Program-made: the position numbers and the translations under genes
Notes under the pieces: generated by a model
The model's input: only the letters and a program-made list of their open reading frames with translations
Told to the model about the DNA's origin: nothing
Databases searched by the model: none
Origin: Epiperipatus broadwayi
Lineage: Eukaryota; Animalia; Onychophora
Direction: 5' to 3'
NCBI GenBank assembly: GCA_028023455.1
Contig: JAQFVV010000006.1
Coordinates: 11,718,001 to 11,782,000, forward strand
Length of the DNA stretch: 64,000 bases
Shown: positions 1-13,987 of the stretch, one piece after another
Numbering within the stretch: position 1 is the first letter of the stretch
How the letters are laid out: every line of letters begins with the position of its first letter

Positions 1-757
1 GCTCTATAGTCAAAAACCACATTGTTTGGTTATTATACAAATGTTTAAGGCGCATGTGAAAAAGATTAAAAACCTTTCTCTTTCTAATTAATATACCTTT
101 GTAATATAGGCAAATGCTCTCATTAATTAAGCTAAACTTTGTTGGAGAATTTTAAGATGGATATTCGAAACAAAAATGTAATGGAAATTCAGTAACACTA
201 TAATTTGATTCTTGTTTTCATTAATTTGACTTTAATATGTTTAAAATTATTTTAGAATGTAATTAAGTGATTAAATTGTTTGCATCATGCAATATTCTTA
301 ATAGCATTCAATTCAACTTGACCTTACTTACTGGCTATATAAACTTGTTCAAATTATTATATAATCAATTTGTAGTTTATAAGCAAAAAGTTTCAATTTG
401 AAAAAAGACAGCCCATGTTCTAAACAGTTGTTGTGAAAGTTATCACATGATCAATTTGACAGGAACTGGGGAATATAACATTTGAAGGCAGAAGCCAATA
501 TTTATTTATATATATAATCCATCTAAATAGAATAATATTTTGGAGATAATCAGAATGTGAATTTAAACTTACATTTAAATACAACAATAGCATGCACAAT
601 TTGTTTAAAATTTAAATTAATAACTAGGCTAATTTTTTGTTTGCTTGTTTTAATCTGTGGGAGATTTTTTTTTTTTTTAAGTTCATAGTTTACATGAATT
701 TTAAAAAAAATAAAATTAATATTTGAAAACAATTATAATTATTGGGTTATGTTCCAG

Positions 758-933
758 ATATTTTACTTTATTTATGAATTTGCTCAATGATTGTACTGAA
801 GCAACCGAAGATAAAGATTCTTCTCGTCAGAGGGTCCACTCAGGAAAACTTAGTGCTTTGAGGACATGCACTATTCAGGCTATGTCTAATCTTCTAAGTG
901 CCAACATTGATAGTGGATTAATGCATTCCATTA
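758..933 (+). CDS. NF1: Neurofibromin exon (first in window): YFTLFMNLLNDC...SANIDSGLMHSI
   Basis: The translation matches the recalled neurofibromin sequence upstream of the GAP domain. Acceptor ttccag ends at 757 and donor GTAAGT starts at 934. The phase-1 end joins the next exon in frame. Confidence 0.95.
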
Positions 934-1986
934 GTAAGTAAAAAATAGATGCATAGTCTAAATTATTTATTTAGTTTGACACCATTTTATATATAAGTTG
1001 TTATTTGAAAAAATATTTTGCAGCATTCGATATATATATATTAAACACTATACAAACAAGTAATAGTATTATCATTGCATTTACTTATATTATCTATAGA
1101 ATTTTTTTACAATACTTGAAATGGAAATGTTCACTGAAAAAAAATCAACCAATCTCTTGCTGAGTTGTTCGGTCAATAACATCATCAACAGCATTTTGTC
1201 TAGTTGAGATTCGGTCAAACATAACTCCAAAATTTCTATTTAAGTTCACTCACAACATTCAATATGATCCTAAATCATAAATGCTAATCTGGCGATAATT
1301 TAATGAAAGCTTTCTTTGTATCACTTTAATATTAATAAATAAGTTAGAGCTTTTAATCAAATTCATTTTCTTTGAAATAAACATTGAAGAAAGTAAGTGT
1401 AACTTTAGTGTTATATATATATATGAAAATAAAATATCTGTTGTAGATTAATTATTGTAATAATAATAAAAACAAAATATTAACAGTGTTAAATATCAGT
1501 AATAACCATTATAAAGTACAAAAATATTTTCAGTTATTTTCTTTATTGTTTCCAGTTGAAAAGGGTTAATGAAATTACTTCTGCACTTTATAATGATTAT
1601 TAGTAATATTTTTTATCACTGTTAATACTTTATAGGAATATACACCACCTAACACTATATTAGTAAATATAATCAGAACAATTAAAAGTACTAGCAAATT
1701 CTAAATTTATAAAAAAAAATTTTTTTTGCAATTCCAAACAAAACCAACAAATATATACATTGACATATAACTATCCGCAATTCAAAGGCAGCTGCTAATT
1801 ATTTCTAACATGAAAAAAATTAGGGATAATTAGCAGTTGTTTTTGAAATATGAATAGTTATATATGTGTTCATATTAGTTGATTTTGTCCATACTTTTCT
1901 CTTGAGAAAAACATTTCTCTTGGGGAAATGTATTCTTTAGGAACTATAGCCACCACTATCCTATTAGGCAGGATTGGTTTTAAGCC

Positions 1987-2420
1987 AATAAACATCACAT
2001 GATCACCATTTCTTATGCTTGCTCTTAGCTGTTATTAAAACCGGCAAAACTCTCTATATGTATTGTTCAGACCTATATAACTAAGCTGATGAGCTTGGAT
2101 TGAAAATATTATAGTGTTTTCAATTTAAGTCTCATTTTTGTAGTTAAGTAGAAATAAAAGGTGGCTGCTGGAGGGTTGCATTAGATTCTAAGATCTAGGT
2201 GCAGTGCTCTCAGATCCAAGGCTCCTCATTGACAAAGGCCACAAGCCAGAAACTAGTCTGGGGATATCGGATGAGTAGGCATTAGATGGGGATGCACAAG
2301 CCTTCTGGCATCCATTGATTACTCTGGCTTGTACTGAGTGGCAATATATATAGAGAATTTTGCCTGTTTTAATAACAGTTAAGAGCAAGCAAAAGAAAAG
2401 GTGATCATGTGATGTTTATT
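1987..2420. mobile_element. Family-1 foldback element: short inverted left arm plus long + strand arm with degenerate hammerhead motif
   Basis: Terminal inverted sequence AATAAACATCACATGATCACC / GGTGATCATGTGATGTTTATT; internal sequence shared with many other copies in the window. Confidence 0.8.
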
Positions 2421-5400
2421 TTCAATACATGTTTATATACACTGGTTATTTATTTTATATAGTATATTAATAATAATCAAATTCCATAAAATCAAATGGA
2501 TGAAAGAAGATGGTGATATTTATAGATTTATTTAATTTTAATATTTAAAATTAAAAGGTCAAGATATGATATTGATTACTGGATGTGCATAAAGTCATTG
2601 AACATTGAAGTTTATCTGTACCCCTCATCAAATATTGGCATTTCACTTTAAAGTTGCTGCCTTGAAAACTTTTTATTTAAAAATTTACAATTCTCCAAAT
2701 CTGGAACTGGTAAGAAAACTAATATTAAGAATTGTAAAAATGATTTGATTGAAATTGGATATTTTAAAAATGTGCTTGATAAGCAAATAAGAGAAATGAA
2801 AATATAAATAATGTTTATGATATATTTCTGATGTTCTTTACCATTAAATACACTCATTAATAATTTTAAAAACAAGCTTGTAAAATAATAATAAGGCACA
2901 ATTGATGTACATTCTGGATTGCCAAGTTTGTCAAGTTAGATAATATATAGAGACATGAGTAAACTTAAAAACTAGATTAGCACAATTATGATCAGCTGTA
3001 TTTTAAGGCTAAAATGTATAGTGTACATAGTTTTGAGCCTGAGAAAGCAATTAATTATTTTTTGAACCTGTTGATGCCAAAATCATTTATTGAAAGAAAA
3101 ATAATAAAAAAACTTAGAATGAAAGAGGCTTAGCAAATAATGTGAAATATGCCGTTAATACAAGAGCCAATAACGATTCCACTTATCAAGAACTGATATT
3201 TTAATTTACAATAAGCTTACATATGTAAGTGAGAACCATTTTCTTGTTATTATATTATCATATGTTGAAGTGAGAGTATTCACTATTTAAAAAACAATTG
3301 TATTTAGCGTTTTATATATATGTGATTTACTATTGTAACCGGATTGGGGCCTCACCTACTCTGGTGGTCATTTATTTCCTGATGAACATATTGCAGAAAG
3401 GAAAGAATGATTGACATTATGATGTCACCCCCCCCCCTTTCTACAATAATATTTCATGCTCGTTAGAGGATGTAGCATTAAAGAGACTGACAACAACTAG
3501 AAATTGATCTGTTTGGTTTCACCACTAGAGTTCCAGCTCACTACAACATTACTCACCCTTATCAAGTTATGCTGGACATAGCTCAGGAAACATGAGATTC
3601 CTGTGAACAAATACATTGATTGATGAATGATGCGAAATGAAACTGACAAGTAATATTAATTTTATGTAACAACAATTTATTTTACTAATAGTACTTTGGG
3701 TAAGAAAGCCTTCAAAAAGTCCATTAACAGTTCAGGTTCCTTGGATTAATTAGTCTATTTTATTGATAACTTCTCTGATGCTTAATTCCCTTGCTGATAC
3801 CCATACAGTGTCCCTCATTAATATAGTAGGTGTCTCCGTATGCCTATACATCTTTGCAAATGGAAGTTTATATTCTAGGTAGCACATGGTCAGTGATCCT
3901 GTTTGTCCAGCAGTTATATAGCAGGGACTTACATATCCTTGTGTACATCACGGATACTTTCCTTAACATTCTATAAGTTTAAATTATCATTCTATGAGTT
4001 TACATTCTATTTGTATGCGTGTATATATGTGGGTCGTAAATATGGATTAATTCCCTATGGCAATATATTCCTAGGCCGGCTCGATTTATATTTGAATCAC
4101 TCCTTTTCATTCAATCATTTAGTAGTTAATAATTATATTCGGATATATTTGCGTATTTGATTCATGTATATAGATGTATATCCTTTTCTGTACGTGAACT
4201 CACATATATAAAGTATTAATTCTTTCTCGGTTATATATTCAGCATTTACAATGTATACAAATATTGGGTTATGTCTCTTTTAAATTAATCTTCACATATA
4301 TTAAATATTTCTTTAGCAATTGCAGTTTAACAATTTTATGTGTATTATTTTATCTTCTTCATTCTAATAACACTTGTAGCAATTACATTATTCTCTCAAT
4401 AAGAAATTAACTTGGTTTATAACTATTTTCATATAAACACTGGGTTTTATCCATTACAACATCTACCTGTGTTTTAAAATTGATTCGAATATTTCATCAT
4501 TTTGTCTAATTAATTATTTTAAATAACTTTATAACTGCATTTCACTTTTCCCTTCTTCAAAATGCTTTCTTACCACATTTGCGTAAATATTATTAAATAC
4601 TTCAGATGTCAAAATAACTCTTTCATATAATAACGGATATGCATCATTATTAAGTAATTAAATATTGGTAATATCCTTATATCATAGCACCCTTACATCA
4701 ATCTTAAGAAAATATGTTTTAATAACTATCTAGAGTTTTATTACCTTTTTAAAACTCTGTGATGGTCTTCATGTTGACATTACAGCTGGATGGTACATTC
4801 TTCCCATTAAAAGAGGAATTGGTCTTTAGAGTAGAATGGTTTACATATGGTCACTTAGGCATATTTCTTCATCTTCATAATCTCTTCCATGGTGTGGGAA
4901 GGAGAGCGAGCTATTCCTACAAGCCAGCCATTTTGGCGTTTACTTGTATAAATAAACTGTTTCTTCATATTACACTATATGGTAACCTTGGGTTTTCCTT
5001 TAACTGTAGCACTTTTTTAATTACTGACCACTAACTTAGTTGGTCCAATTATTTAAACTCTTCGCTGTAGAATGACTAAATGCTGAACTGCTATTTACTG
5101 CAAAGCAATTGTTACAATCAATCAACTGTAATTTCTGGAATTGATCGATTGCTCACTTTATATTCTCCAACCCATGGTGTTTTTCAATATCCTCTTTGAT
5201 CTCACCCATTCTGACCAACATGCTTGTACAAACATGTTTACTTCCTTTATCTAAGGCAGAAAGTGACGCTATCATTATTGATAAACTAATTGTGTTTCTG
5301 TACCTTCATTTGGAAAACATTCAGCTCCAACAAATAAATATATTATATCGGTAACATTTTAATTTGAAACTGCAAATTTTTAATGTTAAAGATTTGTTAA

Positions 5401-5962
5401 ATAAATGTGTAGTTCAATTTTTAACATGAGTGGAAAAAAAAAAGATTCTAAATCACCATCAATTATTTAATATTTCTAAATTTCATTCACTGAAACAGCG
5501 TCAGCTTTTATTTTAACTTAAACCATTTTAAAATGGGGGGGGGGGAGACGACTTCAATATATATATATATGAAACAATGTGCCTGTTTTACTATATTACA
5601 TATAGATTGTTTAAATGTTTATTACAAAGTTTAAAATAAGGAACTTTGTTAAATAAAAAAATGAATATGTTTAATAAATATCTTACAATAAATAATTGGA
5701 TTGACCTTAATTTATATTTGTTACTGATTTTTTAAAAGACACAACTATTATTAGAAACTAAAAATAGTGATTTTAAATTAAAGGAATCATTTTAGGAGGC
5801 TTATGATCATCGTTTTTTTGGATGATGATGATGGATAGATAACAGCTGGTATGTATGAGTTATGATAAAAAGAACTAGAAATGTTTTCCATTAATGTATT
5901 TTGATGTAAAAATTGTAAATAGAAAATGGAGAAAAACTATTCAAAATTAATTAGTAAATCAT

Positions 5963-6532
5963 CAAACATTATATGATCACCATTCTTTACGCTTACACAA
6001 GCTGGTTATCACAGAGGCAAAACTCTCCATAGAGTAGCGCTACTCAGTGCAAGCCTGAGTAATCAATGGATGCAAGAAGGTTTGTGCATAAAATCCCTAT
6101 CTAGTGCCTACTCATCCAATATTTCCAGTGTAGTTTCTAGCTTATGGCTTTCATCAACGAGGAGCCTTGGATCTGTGAGCACTGCATCTAGATCCTAGGA
6201 TCTAATGCAACCCTCCAGCAGCCACCTTTTACTTTTTTTTAACAAACTATCAAGCTAATGAGCTTAGCTTGAAAACATTGTGTTTTCATTTTGGACTCAA
6301 AAGTTTTATAGTTAGCTAAAAAAGTAAAAGGTGGCTGTTGGAGAATTGCATTAGATTCTAGGATCTAGGTGCAGTGCTCTCAGATCCAAAGCTCCTCACT
6401 GATGAAGGCCCTTAGCTAGAAGCTAATCTGGGGATATTAGATCAGTAGGCACTAGATATGAATTTTATGCATGAACCTTCCTGCATCCATGCACCAAATG
6501 GCGCTACTGTATGGGGAGTTTGCCTCTGTGAC
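5963..6532. mobile_element. Family-1 foldback element with two long (about 220-bp) inverted arms and an about 90-bp spacer
   Basis: About 6010-6235 is the approximate reverse complement of about 6320-6532; same consensus as the other copies. Confidence 0.8.
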
Positions 6533-8318
6533 AAAATTAAGTAGCTTTATATATTTAGAAAGAATTATGGGAAAATTTATCGTATTAACAATAGGCAAGG
6601 AGGAACTATTATGAGTTTTGGAATAACTGATAAATCTACAATTGATCAACATGTCTTGAGCTATGAACTAAAAGGAAATTTTTTTTGGTAAAATTACATT
6701 ACTGGTTGTCATGTCTAAGTCTTGGAAAAGGATCTATGAATAAGACAAATTTTATAAAACTTACCATTTTGAAGTAATTTTTTACTTTGTTAAAAGTTTT
6801 TAATATAATTTAAATTCATCATAAAAAGGTGCAATAATTGCATTTTTTCTGCTATACCTACAATCTAGGTTTGAATCCTGCATGAAATAAAACTTGAAAA
6901 TTTTAACAAAAGGTTTGGAATTTTTTTTTCAAGTAATCTGCCCATAACGAAATGTCTAATTATCTTATATTGATTGGTAAATGGGTGGTTTAGGTATTAC
7001 TGGCTAAAGCGCTAAACAAGAATGGACAAACTCACACCCCATCGCTGGCAATTACCTAAATTGGTAATCCTTACTTCTTCATTATTTCCCTTTTAAGGGT
7101 GTTGGTTAAGTCTTCGTCCGGTAGTGAACTATTTAGAGACTTTACATATTTTCCTATATAAAATTTATTTTTAAAAAAAAAATCAAAAGTCTTTAGCATT
7201 ATGTGATATAATCCAAGCATCTCAACAATAATTTTAAAATAATTTATTATATTCAACATAGTCCAAGTCATGTTTCTTCAAATTTTCATCTTTATTATTA
7301 GAAGTTGAACTTGGTTCTATCAAATACTTTAAAAATGAATTTGTTTTTTTGCTGTACTTTTTTATATCTATTTTTATTTTCAATATTTTTGTTTTCCATT
7401 TCCATTAATGCATGATTCCAAGTAAAAATTTTACTCCTTTTCTGAATATTGAAATCTGATAGTTTCTCTCATTTAGAAAAAGTTTAATGTGATTCAGATC
7501 TTCATTATAAATTTTCAGAAAATATGGAGATATTTTAGGAACTTACTGATATACTTTATTAAATCTGTTTAAACAATAAAACAAACAATAGAAATTAATC
7601 TTTTTGCTTTGCTTTGCGTAGAGATATTTATCACCCTGCAATTTGTTTAATGGTAAAGTTGAAAAAAGTTCCTGGATCATGTTTGACCTGCTGACTGGAT
7701 TTCGATTGTCATGTAATCTTTCAAGCAACTAACCATATGATAAATAATAAATGTACCTTTGTTTAGAATATGATTTAATAGAATAGGTTTAATTTTTGAT
7801 TCGATTTTAATAACGATTGTCAATTATTATTTACTCACTAATTATCATCTCATAATTTGAAATTTAAAAAAGATATTTTACTTTACACTATTTGTATTGG
7901 AAAATGTTAGTTGTTATATAAGTTTGTAACAGTAAGCTGCCCACTAATGTTTAAATAAATGCATATCTTTACCAGATTTACTCTTTAGCTTTTGCTTTAC
8001 ATCTTCTATTGTAAAAGTTTGTCCTATTAATCTTGTTAAACTAATAGATTCTTCACTAATATACACCCCCCCCCCCCAATAATATATATATATATATTTA
8101 ATGATTTAACATTGTAAATTTTTTCATGAATTTTGCAAACTTTTTTTTTGGTAGATGTATAATTACGTTTATTTTTCATTTAATGGTCTTGAAGTTTCTA
8201 AAATACTCTTACATATATATTTTGTGTGTAGATACATATCCAATTATTCTCATAAGTATGCTAATGTATATCGATTTGGGTAGAATATGGTTTATGTATT
8301 TCTAATGATTAATTTCAG

Positions 8319-8530
8319 GTTTGGGTTACCAAAAGGATTTACAAACAAGAGCAGCTTTCATGGAAGTGCTGACTAAGATTTTGCAACAAGGTACAGAATT
8401 TGATACTCTCGCTGAGACAGTGTTGGTAGATCGCTTTGAAAGGCTAGTAGAATTGGTCACTATGATTGGCGACAAGGGAGAACTTCCCATAGCGATGGCC
8501 CTAGCAAGTGTAGTAGCCACACCACAGATG
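8319..8530 (+). CDS. NF1: Neurofibromin exon: LGYQKDLQTRAAFMEVLTKILQQGTEFDTLAET...VATPQM
   Basis: Highly conserved NF1 peptide; acceptor tttcag, donor GTAAAA at 8531; 212 nt = 2 + 70 codons. Confidence 0.97.
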
Positions 8531-9480
8531 GTAAAATTTCTCCCTTCTATTTATTATGTTTTACAATACTTCATTATGCATTGCTTTTTCTCTTTTCAGA
8601 AGAATAAAATGGGTGAAGTATATTTTATTGAGAAATCGTTATAAAGTAGGAAATGCTTTTATAATTTGTATGTAAATCTCTATATTTTAAATCCATCGTT
8701 TTGTAAATCGCTTGCATCTTTTATTATGTTCATAGTTTTTTTTGTTTAAAATACAAACATGAATCAATCAAATGGTTAATTAAGTAGTTGCCTACAATTG
8801 TAAAATGAGTTCATTTTATTCAGAAAATAAAGAATTATTCCAACATGCTATTTTCCTACTTTTTCATTGAATGAACAAATAAATTATCCCAGTTTGAATA
8901 ACATACTTGCCAGCTTATAGTTTACTGATATAAGCTTAGATTGTCACATCTAGCTCTTGAATGTCATATAACATGTGAAGAAGAGATAAGACTGATACTA
9001 CTTGAAAAGTTATGTTACATGCTAACCTGTGTGTTATTACTAACAATAGAATTCATCTGAAAAAATTGAATGAAATTTGAATTTTTCTAAAACAATTAAT
9101 ATTAATATTACACGAAATAATCCTACAAATAATTACTATTAAAGTACCATTATTACAAACTTTTTTGTATACTGATGATATAAATTAATTAATAATAGAA
9201 AACGGATTGATATTTTTAAAAACATTGTATTTTAATATATTATTAAAATAAAAGTTATCAACTTTGTTTTTTTTAATGTAGGCTCCATAAATTTTTTTTA
9301 CTAAAGCATTGAATACAGTATTAAATAGAAAAAACATGTTTTGTTACTCTTAATTCGAAACTTTATCCAGATGCACATTATGCTGTCAATAAATGCAATT
9401 TTCTTTTTCTGTAAAGAAATTTTTACTAGCTTATAAGTTATATTGGGATACAAGTATATTATATATACTTAACCTAGATG

Positions 9481-10649
9481 TAATTAAAGGGGATTTGATC
9501 CTAGACTTTCAAGATTTCATAATTAAAGGGGATTTGATCCTAGACTTTCAAGCTTTCGTAATTAAAGAGGATTTGATCCTAGACTTTCAAGCTTTCGTAA
9601 TTAAAGGGGATTTGATCCTAAACTTTCAAGCTTTCGTAATTAAAGGGGATTTGATCCTAGACTTTCAAGCTTTCGTAATTAAAGGGGATTTGATCCTAGA
9701 CTTTCAAGCTTTCGTAATTAAAGGGGATTTGATCCTAGACTTTCAAGCTTTCGTAATTAAAGGGGATTTGATCCTAGACTTTCAAGCTTTCGTAATTAAA
9801 GGGGATTTGATCCTAGACTTTCAAGCTTTCGTAATTAAAGGGGATTTGATCCTAGACTTTCAAGCTTTCGTAATTAAAGGGGATTTGATCCTAGACTTTC
9901 AAGCTTTCGTAATTAAAGGGGATTTGATCCTAGACTTTCAAGCTTTCGTAATTAAAGGGGATTTGATCCTAGACTTTCAAGCTTTCGTAATTAAAGGGGA
10001 TTTGATCCTAGACTTTCAAGCTTTCGTAATTAAAGGGGATTTGATCCTAGACTTTCAAGCTTTCGTAATTAAAGGGGATTTGATCCTAGACTTTCAAGCT
10101 TTCGTAATTAAAGGGGATTTGATCCTAAACTTTCAAGCTTTCGTAATTAAAGGGGATTTGATCCTAGACTTTCAAGCTTTCGTAATTAAAGGGGATTTGA
10201 GCCTAGACTTTCAAGCTTTCGTAATTAAAGAGGATTTGATCCTAGACTTTCAAGCTTTCGTAATTAAAGGGGATTTGATCCTAGACTTTCAAGCTTTCAT
10301 AATTAAAGGGGATTTGATCCTAGACTTTCAAGCTTTTGTAATTAAAGGGGATTTGATCCTAGACTTTCAAGCTTTCGTAATTAAAGGGGATTTGATCCTA
10401 GACTTTCAAGCTTTCGTAATTAAAGGGGATTTGATCCTAAACTTTCAAGCTTTCGTAATTAAAGGGGATTTGATCCTAGACTTTCAAGCTTTCGTAATTA
10501 AAGGGGATTTGATCCTAAACTTTCAAGCTTTTGTAATTAAAGGGGATTTGATCCTAGACTTTCAAGCTTTCGTAATTAAAGGGGATTTGATCCTAGACTT
10601 TCAAGCTTTCGTAATTAAAGGGGATTTGATCCTAGACTTTCAAGCTTTC
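9481..10649. repeat. Minisatellite, 30 copies of a 39-bp unit (TAATTAAAGGGGATTTGATCCTAGACTTTCAAGCTTTCG)
   Basis: First unit starts at 9481 and last at 10612: (10612-9481)/39 = 29 intervals. Only scattered single substitutions. Confidence 0.97.
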
Positions 10650-11030
10650 TACAGTCATTCACTCTATCCAATATAACGTATACACATGACCACATACATG
10701 GGAAAAAGATAAACGATCTCCAATATATGTATTTCATGCTGAACCAGCATTCCATCATTAGATTTTTAGTGATCTGGATGGCTGAAGAGTTGGACAGGGG
10801 AAAGGATTGAAGCCTCCCCATTACAGTGTGTAGATTTGCTATCTTAATGTAAACCTAGCACTGATTATATATATGTGTGGAAGATGATGATCTGGACCAA
10901 CTGATGAGTGAGTGCTGGTTCAACTTGAAATACGTTTATTGGAGATCATTTATCCTTTTCACATGTACGTGATCATGTGTACCAGTTGTATAGGATGGAG
11001 TGTATAGCTGTAGGGAGCTGGAAATTCTAG
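10632..11030. mobile_element. Foldback element with about 130-bp diverged inverted arms
   Basis: 10650-10761 is roughly 80% identical by eye to the reverse complement of 10901-11012; similarity extends to the CTAGA termini. Confidence 0.7.
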
Positions 11031-11624
11031 CTTATATAAATGTAACTTTTTAATAGCCTGAAATAGATGAAGTAATGCAGAAGTACTGAAAAACCCTAGC
11101 AAGCTATATGCACATTTTTATAGACACTTAATGTGCATATAGTTTTGTGTGTGTGTGTAGGGGGGGTAATTTATAAGTTGCAAAATATCAATTGTTATCA
11201 ACATTTTTTATTAAAGTCAAATAGCATTATCTTTAATCTCATAAGTAACAAGAATATTCCGTAGAGATATTTTTTTTCTTCTGTTTACATTACATGTTAT
11301 TGAAATAGCAAATTCTTATTTTTACTGTTTGTATTGCCTGACATTTGGATAGACACTTCTGGAAAAAAGCTTAATTTTTACTGTAATAATAATGATTTTT
11401 TTTGGAGAAAGATTTAGAAATCTTTTTAAAAAGTCATTTTAATATTTCAAATATTCTAATTAATATTATTTCGTAGATAATTCATTGTGAATTGAAATCT
11501 TTTTCATTTAGAACTATGTTTTAATTCGAGTGGTTTTATACTAATGAGATTGTGCTTGTATGTGTGAAATATTAATCATATAAATTTTTATTTGTTTATT
11601 ACCTTTTTCTTTTTTTTTCTTTAG

Positions 11625-11708
11625 GACGAATTAGCTCGAGTTTTTGTTACACTTTTTGATGCCAAACATTTATTGTATCAGTTGTTATGGAATATGTTTT
11701 CTAAAGAA
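11625..11708 (+). CDS. NF1: Neurofibromin exon: DELARVFVTLFDAKHLLYQLLWNMFSKE
   Basis: Not in the ORF track, found by reading. Long polypyrimidine tract plus tag acceptor, donor GTGAGT, 84 nt, phase 0/0. Confidence 0.96.
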
Positions 11709-13987
11709 GTGAGTTTGTGTTTTTCTCTAAACCTAATATTTTATTTTAATGAAGAATTTTGTAATTCTTAATCCATCTGCTTTTTTAAAATTCAGGATCA
11801 ACACTATAAACATTCATGTGATTTTTTTCACAAGCTTATTATTTTTGGAATTGCTAATTTTATCTCTTTTAACTTGATAATAAAGAAGGTTAAAGATGGC
11901 ACTGCTAGATGCATAATTTATTGGTTGCAGCTTTGAATCCCACATCCTCGTTGTTAAAACACTACTCTGCGACACTTGCTACAGTTGATTCTAGAGTAGA
12001 AAACTGCTTTTCTTTATATTTTACATACACACATGCCCATATTATAATTAGTTTGCTTGTTATTCATGATTTCTGTTCTAATGTGTGTTCTGTCTGAATT
12101 TGGATGATTGTTTCCACTGAATCGTGGCATACAGAAGTACTACTTGAAACCAAATTCGTAAAAAATTAAATATTGCAATATAATAAGTAAAGTGCACATA
12201 TTTCTTAGTCCAAAACAAAAAAAAAAAAGCAAAATAATTTTAATGACAATAAATTTAGCCTAACCAATATAATACAGTATAACAATAACATTAATAAATA
12301 TTTGATTATTATTAATTTCAAAACTAGGACCTGACATTGTTCATATTTTCTAAGATAGCGATGACTTGTTTATCTTTCATGTTTTAAGCAAGTAATGAGT
12401 TTATTTGTTAATAGTAATTTCAAAACTAGGCACTGATATTGTTAATATATTCTAGATATCTTTTTTACGATTTTAAGATAATAATGAGTTTTTTAACATT
12501 ATTTTTGATTAGAAAAACAGAAAACTTACATTTTCGTATTTCAACAATTTTTCATTGTTTTACTTGCTAAAACATAAATTGTTTTTAGACTTTTATATCA
12601 TATGTGTTTTGTTGTTAATGGATTAGTTTATGAAATGTGTTGTTGTGAATTGGTTTCACTGCAAAATATGAAATGATAGACTAATTTTGTATTTGGCTTC
12701 ACATATGGTCTGCATTTTTTATAAATCACTTTCATTTAACACTTATTTCTGTAAATTATTTTTTTATGGATTACTTTTTGTATTGCTTTACTATTAATTT
12801 AAATTACTTTCATGCTTTTATTTAATACGTGACTTGTTGTAACTAGATTATTTTTTGGGATGCATTTCTTAGTAAAGATTTTGATTTAATATATTTCTCT
12901 CTGTATATTAGTTTCAATGGGAAATATGAAATGACATGTTTATTTTACATTTGGCTTTATATCCGCAATTCATTTCTTATGGATTGGTTTAATTTGTACA
13001 ATTATTGCCATCAATTATTTTCTAAAGTTATTACTTGCTATAATTGTTTTGTTTGGTAAAATATAAATTGATGTACATTCACTATCAAGTATTTATATTT
13101 ATGTAATGCTTTCTTTATTGCTTTTACTGAACACATTTATTTTATCATTTAATTACTAAGAAAATACTTTTTGTATTGCTCTGTTGCTAAATTTATTCAG
13201 TAATAAATAGGTTCATTGTATTTTTTATGAATTAGTTTTTTTTATGGATTCATCTATATGGTATCATCCGGCAAGTAGATTGTCCAATTTCTGAAATTAA
13301 ATTTTCGTAAATTCTAATTATAAATAATAAAATATATACAAAATAAACTAATAAATTTTCCAAATATTTTGTTATGATTTTGTTGCTAGGTAATTTTTTT
13401 CAATTGCTTCAGCTATAATTAACCGTTTTTTTTAAGGTAATATTGTAATTACCTTCAATTAGCATTCTACTTCTTTTCTTTGAATCAGTGATTATTTGAA
13501 TATATGAGAGGAGATAAAGAAACTTATCAAAATTAATCAAATTTTTGGATTAGCCTCAAGCATACGAAACAAATGTCAATAAGTGATTTTGAGTAAAAAT
13601 AAAAGTACATTTTTAGAAAAAAAAAAGTACTGCACTTATGTGTAATCACTATGGTTAATATTTACTCAATTTTAAAATATGTAATTACTGTGATATTAAA
13701 ATTGCATGCTATATATATTATGGTAGGTATGAAATGTTTTGAATTATAAAATCGGAACTGTATTTTACATTTAAAGTTGTTTCTGTCTATAATTTTTAAT
13801 AGATTTCTTGTATTACTTTTTTTTTCCTGTGTCTGTTGTTTATATTTTCCTGTACTTTGAAAAAGGATGGATTGTGAGATTATGGTATTTGTAGATTTGT
13901 ACATTGTGTATAGCTGTGTCTTACATTAATTTTTTATTTTTTAGTATGCTTATATATTATGAACATAATATTTTAATTGTAATATAG

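Noticed and set aside
8326-8520. 64-aa minus-strand ORF
   Set aside because: Antisense shadow of an NF1 exon.
9481-10649. CRISPR-like array
   Set aside because: The units are contiguous with no unique spacers, and the context is a spliced animal gene.
9393-10676. 427-aa ORF of VIKGDLILDFQAF repeats
   Set aside because: It results from a stop-free frame in the 39-bp minisatellite and lies inside an NF1 intron with no gene features.
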